Shown here: positions 58,192-64,000 of the stretch, piece after piece
Layout: every line of letters starts with the position of its first letter
Position numbering within the stretch: position 1 is the first letter of the stretch
NCBI GenBank assembly: GCA_038316435.1
Contig: JBBQAQ010000003.1
Span: 94,134 to 158,133 of the forward strand
DNA from: Bacteroidales bacterium
GTDB lineage: Bacteria; Bacteroidota; Bacteroidia; Bacteroidales; GCA-2748055
Reading direction: 5' to 3'
DNA length: 64,000 bases
Program-made: the position numbers and the translations under genes
Notes under the pieces: model-generated
The model's database searches: none
Seen by the model: only the letters and a program-made list of their open reading frames with translations
Told to the model about the DNA's origin: nothing

Positions 58192-58797
58192 TTACTTATG
58201 GTCTAAATCTTCAATACTTATCAGGTTATTGAGAATAGCATAAACGGTAAGTCCGGAGATAGTTTTAATTCCAAGTTTGTTCGTGATATTTTTTCTATGT
58301 GTAATCACGGTATGACTTGAAAGAAACAGTTTGTCGGCCATTTCCTTATTTGTCAGGCCTTTAGCAACCAGTTTAAGAATGGTTTTTTCTCTCTCACTTA
58401 GTCCGGTTTGTTGAATAGACGATAAATGTTTGTTGAATTTAGTCTGTATCAGGAGGTTTAGTTTTTCGAAGATATCGTCACGTTCATCTTGTGTGCTTAT
58501 TATTTCAAGTAATTCCCCTGAATACTCAGTTGGCATGTAAATTCCCGAGTCAATACCAATACAAAATTCTTTAAGATTTACATTAATTTCCTGATTCCTA
58601 TATTTCCCCAGCTCATTCAGCAAGCTAATATTAACGACAAGAAAGTCTGGTTGATATTTTTGAAAAATGGAGTTTATTGAATCGAGGGAATCAGTCTCCT
58701 TTACAACTGTTGCGTGTTCAATCCTGTTAATAATTGAGGCAATACCTTTACGAATAAGGTAGGACTTCTCGACAATTACAAATTTTACTCTTTCCAT
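58192..58797 (-). CDS. LuxR-family regulator with pseudo-receiver domain
   Basis: C-terminal HTH LSEREKTILKLVAKGLTNKEMADKLFLSSHTVITHRKNI. The N-terminal receiver-like fold has the acidic pair replaced (IVEKS) and the acceptor position as Asn (FLVVNISL). Confidence 0.8.
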   Translation of the reverse strand: MERVKFVIVEKSYLIRKGIASIINRIEHATVVKETDSLDSINSIFQKYQPDFLVVNISLLNELGKYRNQEINVNLKEFCIGIDSGIYMPTEYSGELLEIISTQDERDDIFEKLNLLIQTKFNKHLSSIQQTGLSEREKTILKLVAKGLTNKEMADKLFLSSHTVITHRKNITNKLGIKTISGLTVYAILNNLISIEDLDHK

Positions 58798-59534
58798 TAT
58801 TTTGAGTTATAAAGGGAAAGAAGTTTTTCCTCCATAACGGCCACCTTTGGAATTAGAACCTTATCTTCCAAAGATGCATGAATATTGAGATCTTTTTCGA
58901 GCCGGAAGAGTTCTGTTAATATTGTGTTGCAAAGGCTAACCGATTTTGCAGGAGGAAGGTATTTGATAATAATATTTATCAGATCAAATAATTTTTCCTC
59001 AATATTATCATGTTCGGATGCGTAATTGTTTATGGAATATGATTTGATTTTTGAATAGATATCCTTATTTATTTTATTACTGTAAAATGCAGATTCTATT
59101 TCGAGGACATAAGGGTGAATGGCTACTTCTTCCCTTGAAATATGGTTTGTTATTTCCTTGATATAATCGTTAAAAAATTTCTCTACAAGACTGAATTTTT
59201 CATTGTCAACGGTTTCTTCCTCTAGCATTAAGTGAATGTTATGTTCAATTTCTGGAATTTTTTCATTAAGGTAGTATTGGTGTGTTTTTTTAAGGTATTG
59301 AACAATCAGAGAAATTGGAAATGAGTTGAGTTCTTTTTGTTGCACATAGTCTTCATCTACGAATGAATTCGTAATTTCCAGGAAGAAATCAATATTTACT
59401 TCAGCCTCAAGACAAACCTCTTTTACCGTTTTATCTCCAAAACCGAGTTTAATGTTGAATCGTGAGATTACCGGAAGCAAAGTGAAATTGTGAATTAGCA
59501 CATCGGCCATCTTCATTTCAGGGGTGATGTTCAT
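58797..59534 (-). CDS. hemerythrin-like (HHE cation-binding) protein with ScdA/RIC-like N-terminus
   Basis: Spaced His/Glu helices (THQYYLNE, NHISREEVAIHPYV, SEHDNIEEKLFDL, IHASLEDKVLIP). The N-terminal MADVLIHNFTLLPVISRFNIKLGFGDKTVKEVC resembles the ScdA_N type. The stop overlaps the luxR ATG (TAATG). Confidence 0.6.
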   Translation of the reverse strand: MNITPEMKMADVLIHNFTLLPVISRFNIKLGFGDKTVKEVCLEAEVNIDFFLEITNSFVDEDYVQQKELNSFPISLIVQYLKKTHQYYLNEKIPEIEHNIHLMLEEETVDNEKFSLVEKFFNDYIKEITNHISREEVAIHPYVLEIESAFYSNKINKDIYSKIKSYSINNYASEHDNIEEKLFDLINIIIKYLPPAKSVSLCNTILTELFRLEKDLNIHASLEDKVLIPKVAVMEEKLLSLYNSK

Positions 59535-59573
59535 GATGGGTTTATGTATTTTAAAAATTTGACGAAGTAAAAT

Positions 59574-59586
59574 TAAGAATTTCTTA
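59574..59586. repeat. 13-bp perfect palindrome TAAGAA-T-TTCTTA in the divergent hemerythrin / metal-cluster promoter region (candidate operator)
   Basis: Read directly from the sequence. It lies 40 nt upstream of the hemerythrin-like gene start. No function has been demonstrated. Confidence 0.3.
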
Positions 59587-59635
59587 GAATCAACAATTTT
59601 AACAATCCTTTAACTGAAAGAATGTTTAAAGCATT

Positions 59636-59643
59636 TACTTTTG
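59636..59643 (+). promoter_or_regulatory. -7 motif TACTTTTG upstream of the HYC..CC..PP gene
   Basis: TAnnTTTG match 35 nt before the GTG at 59678. Confidence 0.4.
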
Positions 59644-59677
59644 TGAACACATTTCATAATGAAGTGTTTAAATACTG

Positions 59678-60097
59678 GTGAAAAAGATTTTATCCATATC
59701 ATTAATATTTCTGATTCTCCTGACCGGGACGCATCTTACTATCGCAAAGCATTATTGCGGCGGAAGTTTCGCTGCGTCAAAAGTTTCTTTTACAGGGGAG
59801 CTTGCCTCATGCGGTATGGAGAATTCGGAAGAATCTTGCCCACAATCAGCAAACAACTTAAAATCGCATTGCTGCGATGACGAGGTCACTGTTTGTACTT
59901 TCAATAATACATATACGCTTACCTATTCTGACTTTTCGGGAATTTCGCAAGTCTTAACTCATGATTTTGCATTGCCTGTAGCTGTAAAAATTTACCAGAG
60001 TCTGTCTTTAAACCTAATAATTGCAAGTATCAGTCCGCCTCACAACATTCAGCCCACAGCGGTCAACTTGGCAGAGGTATGCGTTTTCCGCAATTGA
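59678..60097 (+). CDS. secreted Cys-rich protein with HYC / CC / PP motifs (HYC_CC_PP-like family)
   Basis: Signal peptide, then KHYCGG, SHCCDDE and ISPPH in that order, with 8 Cys in total. GTG start. I recall a Bacteroidota family named for these motifs. Confidence 0.6.
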   Translation: MKKILSISLIFLILLTGTHLTIAKHYCGGSFAASKVSFTGELASCGMENSEESCPQSANNLKSHCCDDEVTVCTFNNTYTLTYSDFSGISQVLTHDFALPVAVKIYQSLSLNLIIASISPPHNIQPTAVNLAEVCVFRN

Positions 60098-60198
60098 AAT
60101 TTCCGATTCCAATTTTACTTTTCAAATAGCCGGTGAGGTTTATTTGTTAAGGTTTCGTGTATTTATATAAATAATTTTCACACTTTAAATTTAAAACA

Positions 60199-60555
60199 AT
60201 GAAAACAATCAGATTGATTTTTGCTGCTGTAACAATGGTAGCAATTAGTACCAGTGCTTTTGGACAGACTGTAAATACAAAAGCCGTAGCAACTGGAAAA
60301 ACAGAGACCCTGACGGTTAAGGGCAATTGTGATATGTGCAAAGCCCGTATTGAGAAGGCAGCAAAGCTCGATGGAGTTACTAAAGCCGAATGGGATAAAA
60401 CCACTAAACTTCTGACCGTTAGCTATGATCCCTCTAAAACAAATATGGATGCTGTAAGCAATAAGGTTGTTGCTGTAGGTCATGATACAGACAAGGGAAA
60501 AGCTGATGATAAAGTTTATAGTGCTTTGCCCGGCTGTTGCAAGTACGACAGGTAA
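60199..60555 (+). CDS. heavy-metal-associated (HMA) domain protein, secreted
   Basis: Signal peptide, a ferredoxin-like HMA fold with GNCDMCKARIEKA (CxxC), and a C-terminal PGCCKYDR. Confidence 0.8.
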   Translation: MKTIRLIFAAVTMVAISTSAFGQTVNTKAVATGKTETLTVKGNCDMCKARIEKAAKLDGVTKAEWDKTTKLLTVSYDPSKTNMDAVSNKVVAVGHDTDKGKADDKVYSALPGCCKYDR

Positions 60556-60576
60556 TAGAAAAGACAGGGCTTTAAG

Positions 60577-60621
60577 CTAATGTGTTAATTTTCTCATGAA
60601 GCAATTAGCACATTAGTTTTT
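60577..60621 (+). terminator. hairpin + T5 between the HMA gene and cusA (terminator/attenuator)
   Basis: 14-bp stem with one mismatch (CTAATGTGTTAATT / AATTAGCACATTAG), a 12-nt loop, then TTTTT. It ends 22 nt before the cusA ATG. Confidence 0.55.
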
Positions 60622-60643
60622 AAATAATTATATCTCTAAAAAC

Positions 60644-63600
60644 ATGTTTAATCGACTCGTCAAATACTTCCTCGAAAACCGACTGATCACGTTCATTTTC
60701 CTATTCACTTTTGTGATACTGGGGCTAGTATATACTCCATTTAACTGGCGTACAGGATTTATCCCTAGGGATCCGATCCCTGTAGATGCAATTCCTGATA
60801 TTGGCGACAACCAGCAAATTGTTGCTACAGAATGGATGGGTCGGTCACCAAAAGATATTCAGGACCAGGTGACATATCCGCTAACTACTGCATTACTCGG
60901 AGTTCCAGGAGTGAGTACCGTGCGAAGCACGTCTATGTTTGGGATGTCATTTATTTATATAATTTTTAAAGATAATGTTGAATTTTACTGGAGCCGATCA
61001 CGAATTCTTGAAAAGCTAAATTCTCTTCCATCGGGGACGTTGCCGGAAGGTGTTAGTCCGACACTTGGTCCTGATGCGACCTCACTTGGACAGATTTTCT
61101 GGTACACACTTGAGGGCAGAGATCCTAAAACTGGCCAACCAAACGGAGGATGGAATCCGCAGGAACTTCGTGCGATTCAGGACTTTTACGTCAAATACGG
61201 ACTTACAACAGCAGAAGGGGTTTCGGAAGTTGCATCTGTAGGGGGATTTATTAAGGAATACCAGGTAGACATTATTCCGGAAGCGATGAAAGCCTTTCAG
61301 GTTACGGTTATGGACGTGATGAAAGCTGTGAGGAACAGTAATCTTGATATTGGTGCCGAAACAATTGAACTAAATAATGTAGAATATATAATTCGTGGTC
61401 TTGGCTATGTTAAGAACCTAAGCGATCTGGAACTTTCAGTTGTTGCTGTCAGAAATAACGTTCCTGTACGAATTAAGGATATTGCCCGCACCTCCTTTGG
61501 TCCCGCAACCAGGCGTGGCGGGCTTGACAAAGAAGGATCAGAGGCTGTCGGGGGAGTTGTGGTAGCTCGTTACGGTTCAAACCCAATGATGGTCATTGGA
61601 AACATAAAAGATAAAATTAAAGAAATTGACGCAGGACTTCCTCAAAAAACACTGGCTGACGGAAGCATATCAAAAGTAAGAATTATCCCATTTTACGATC
61701 GCACCAGCCTGATAAAAGAAACGATCGGCACTCTGGAGTCGGCACTTTCCCACGAAATACTGATAAGCATTATCGTAATTATTATTCTGGTTCTTAATCT
61801 CAGGGCATCAATTATTGTCGCCGGACTGCTGCCAATAGGCGTGTTGATGACTTTTATACTGATGCGTATCTTTGGCGTTGATGCCAACATTGTTGCATTG
61901 TCGGGTATTGCCATTGCAATTGGTGTAATGGTTGATATCGGGATTGTAGACGTGGAAAATATTCTTCGGCACCTTGAAATGCCTGAAAACAAAGGCGTGA
62001 GGGGCAAGAAACTCATGTCGGTAATTTATTTGGCGACCACAGAAGTACGAGCGGCCGTGGTTACTTCGATCGCTACCACAATCGTTAGTTTCCTTCCAGT
62101 GTTTGCAATGCAGGCATCTGAAGGTAAATTATTTCATCCTCTGGCTTTTACAAAGACCTTTGCACTACTATCTGCCTTTATCTTAGGTATAGTGGTTTTG
62201 CCAACATTGGTACATATTTTCTTTGATATTCGTTTCGACGGCAAAAAAATCCGAAAAATATGGAACGGTATTTTAATTCTTGCAGGAATTGTTTTTGTGG
62301 TTCTCTGGCAAACTTGGCCGGCATTAGCTCTTACAGCTATCGGAGTTAACAATCTTTTTGAAAGCCGCTGGCCGTCTGCCCGAAAGGAATTTCCAAATTA
62401 CATAAACATAGCCATTGCTGTGTTGGTAGCGTTATATTATTTATCGATAGAATGGAGACCCCTTGGTGCACACAACAGCATTCTGGTTAATTATTTATTT
62501 GTAGGGGGAATTGTTACTGTCATCTTATCCGCACTAATGAGTCTGGTTCATTTTTATGAGCCAATATTACGCTGGGCGCTGCGAAACAAGTGGAAATTTC
62601 TATCGCTTCCATTATTTACTGTGGTTTTCGGATTATTAGTATGGCAGGGGAGCAATAAATTATTTGGTTTTATTCCGAAGGGATTTGAAATCGCAGGATG
62701 GACAAGCTTTCGCCAAACATCAGTATGGCAGGGAGCCATTAAGGCTTTTCCCGGAACGGGCAAAGAATTTATGCCATCACTGAATGAGGGGTCATTTCTA
62801 CTTATGCCAACGAGCATGCCACATTCAAGTATAGAGAAAAATCTGGAATACATTGAGATTCTTGATAAGCGTTTAGCGGCAATTCCGGAAGTTGAGTTAG
62901 CTGTTGGGAAATGGGGACGGGTGAACTCGGCATTAGATCCTGCACCGGTACAAATGTTCGAAAACACGATAAATTATCGCTCTGAATTTATTTTGGATGA
63001 CGATGGTCACCGTATGCAATTTAAGACCGACAAGGAAGGAAATTACCTTTTTAAAAGTGGAGCAAAATATAATCCAGAAACCGATGGGTTCCGGATCATT
63101 CCAAGGGATAGCCTTATACCGGATAAGAATGGAGAATATTTTCGTCAATGGCGGCCAGAGATTAAAAAACCAGTTGATATCTGGAATGAGATAGTAAAAG
63201 TTACCAATATTCCTGGTCTGACATCCGCTCCCAAGTTGCAACCCATCGAAACAAGGCTTGTGATGCTTTCTACAGGGATGAGGGCGCCAATGGGACTTAA
63301 AGTTTTTGGTCCGGATATGGAATCGATTGAGATTTCAGGAAAAGAATTTGAAAAAGCGCTGAAGGAAGTCCCGTTAGTAAAGGCATCCACAGTTTTTTAT
63401 GACCGCTCAGTAGGTGCGCCGTATATTGAGATTAAGCTCAACCGGGAGGCAATGGCGAGATATGGAATGAGCGTAAATGAGGTTCAGGAGGTTTTACAAG
63501 TGGCGATAGGAGGAATGGTTCTCAGCAATTCTGTAGAAGGACTTGAACGTTTTCCCATGAGAGTGAGATATGCCCGGGAATTACGGGATAATCCCGAAGA

Positions 63601-64000
63601 CATGAAACACATTCTTATCCCGGCTATGGGGGGAGGTCAAATCCCGTTAGGTGAAATTGCCGATATAGGCTATACCCGAGGAGCACAAATGATACGAAGT
63701 GAAAACACCTTTCTTGTTGGATATGTGATATTCGACAAAGCTGAAGGAAAAGCCGAGGTTGATGTGGTTGAAGAAGCGGCTGTAATTCTCAAGAATAAAA
63801 TTGAAACAGGTCAGATTAAGCTCCCCGCAGGCGTTTCTTATAAATTTGCAGGTAACTATGAGCATCAGGTTCGGGCTACTAAAAGGCTTTCCATTGTGAT
63901 TCCAATGAGCCTGTTGTTGATACTACTTCTTTTATATTTTCAGTTTAAAACAATTACCGCATCATTCATACATTTTTCCGGGGTATTCGTTGCTTTTGCC
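60644..64000 (+). CDS. CusA/CzcA family heavy-metal efflux RND transporter, N-terminal 1119 codons; 3' end outside window (not in supplied ORF track)
   Basis: My own translation from the ATG at 60644 stays open to base 64000 (exactly 1119 codons). It reads MFNRLVKYFLENRLITFIF, AIPDIGDNQQIV, GPDATSLGQIFWY, VDIGIVDVENI, SFLPVFAMQASEGKLFHPLAFTKT and EGSFLLMP. These are typical of HME-RND pumps. Confidence 0.92.
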   Translation, partial: MFNRLVKYFLENRLITFIFLFTFVILGLVYTPFNWRTGFIPRDPIPVDAIPDIGDNQQIVATEWMGRSPKDIQDQVTYPLTTALLGVPGVSTVRSTSMFGMSFIYIIFKDNVEFYWSRSRILEKLNSLPSGTLPEGVSPTLGPDATSLGQIFWYTLEGRDPKTGQPNGGWNPQELRAIQDFYVKYGLTTAEGVSEVASVGGFIKEYQVDIIPEAMKAFQVTVMDVMKAVRNSNLDIGAETIELNNVEYIIRGLGYVKNLSDLELSVVAVRNNVPVRIKDIARTSFGPATRRGGLDKEGSEAVGGVVVARYGSNPMMVIGNIKDKIKEIDAGLPQKTLADGSISKVRIIPFYDRTSLIKETIGTLESALSHEILISIIVIIILVLNLRASIIVAGLLPIGVLMTFILMRIFGVDANIVALSGIAIAIGVMVDIGIVDVENILRHLEMPENKGVRGKKLMSVIYLATTEVRAAVVTSIATTIVSFLPVFAMQASEGKLFHPLAFTKTFALLSAFILGIVVLPTLVHIFFDIRFDGKKIRKIWNGILILAGIVFVVLWQTWPALALTAIGVNNLFESRWPSARKEFPNYINIAIAVLVALYYLSIEWRPLGAHNSILVNYLFVGGIVTVILSALMSLVHFYEPILRWALRNKWKFLSLPLFTVVFGLLVWQGSNKLFGFIPKGFEIAGWTSFRQTSVWQGAIKAFPGTGKEFMPSLNEGSFLLMPTSMPHSSIEKNLEYIEILDKRLAAIPEVELAVGKWGRVNSALDPAPVQMFENTINYRSEFILDDDGHRMQFKTDKEGNYLFKSGAKYNPETDGFRIIPRDSLIPDKNGEYFRQWRPEIKKPVDIWNEIVKVTNIPGLTSAPKLQPIETRLVMLSTGMRAPMGLKVFGPDMESIEISGKEFEKALKEVPLVKASTVFYDRSVGAPYIEIKLNREAMARYGMSVNEVQEVLQVAIGGMVLSNSVEGLERFPMRVRYARELRDNPEDMKHILIPAMGGGQIPLGEIADIGYTRGAQMIRSENTFLVGYVIFDKAEGKAEVDVVEEAAVILKNKIETGQIKLPAGVSYKFAGNYEHQVRATKRLSIVIPMSLLLILLLLYFQFKTITASFIHFSGVFVAFA

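Noticed and set aside
59659-59880. 73-aa ATG-initiated ORF overlapping the HYC..CC..PP gene in another frame.
   Set aside because: The peptide has no signal sequence or motif. The GTG-initiated frame gives a clean signal peptide and the ordered HYC/CC/PP motifs.
60147-60483. Two minus-strand ORFs (85 and 101 aa) over the HMA gene.
   Set aside because: They are antisense to a frame with a signal peptide and a CxxC HMA fold.
60628-63865. Nine short ORFs on both strands listed by the track in the last 3.4 kb.
   Set aside because: All lie inside, and out of frame with or antisense to, the 1119-codon CusA/CzcA frame that the track omitted.
1-64000. Searched by eye for CRISPR repeats, tRNA T-arm strings (GGTTCGAATCC-like), rRNA, transposase/integrase genes, in-frame TGA-split ORF pairs (selenoprotein recoding, since selU is present) and long direct repeats.
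   Set aside because: None were found. The only GATTCGAAC string (near 1943) lies in the kinase H-box coding sequence. No adjacent same-frame ORF pairs are separated by a single TGA. A proper tRNAscan/Infernal/repeat scan would be needed to exclude them formally.

Overview
This is an AT-rich chromosomal segment that looks like Bacteroidota. The evidence is recurrent TAnnTTTG -7 promoter motifs, no obvious Shine-Dalgarno use, DUF4271/DUF4292-type genes and a HYC..CC..PP protein. It is densely packed with mostly housekeeping genes. I support 53 CDS. I saw no rRNA, tRNA, CRISPR array, transposase or integrase. All calls come from motifs readable in the supplied translations and from reading the DNA; no database search or folding program was run. 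Main points: (1) Two abutting consensus parS sites (37935-37966) fill the mnmG-ade spacer, and a 14/16 parS-like site lies inside polA. Together with mnmG and rnpA this suggests an origin-proximal location. (2) An ECF sigma / membrane anti-sigma / acidic-linker beta-barrel OMP module carries two copies of a TGTAACTTTTCA-N(10-11)-CGTC ECF-type promoter, one before the sigma gene and one before the OMP gene. (3) A metal/redox corner sits at 58.2-64.0 kb. A hemerythrin-like protein is translationally coupled to a LuxR regulator with a pseudo-receiver. Divergent from them are a Cys-rich secreted HYC..CC..PP protein, an HMA-domain protein, and a CusA/CzcA RND pump. The pump is missing from the ORF track because it runs off the window end (60644-64000, open frame, visibly GC-richer). 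(4) A thioester-containing alpha-2-macroglobulin lipoprotein is paired with PBP1C, followed by an S41 protease. (5) selU sits next to an unrecognisable 234-aa protein and convergent with a U32 peptidase gene. I found nothing that I can defend as a clearly new multi-gene system. The hemerythrin/pseudo-receiver-LuxR pair and the tandem parS are the most interesting items.
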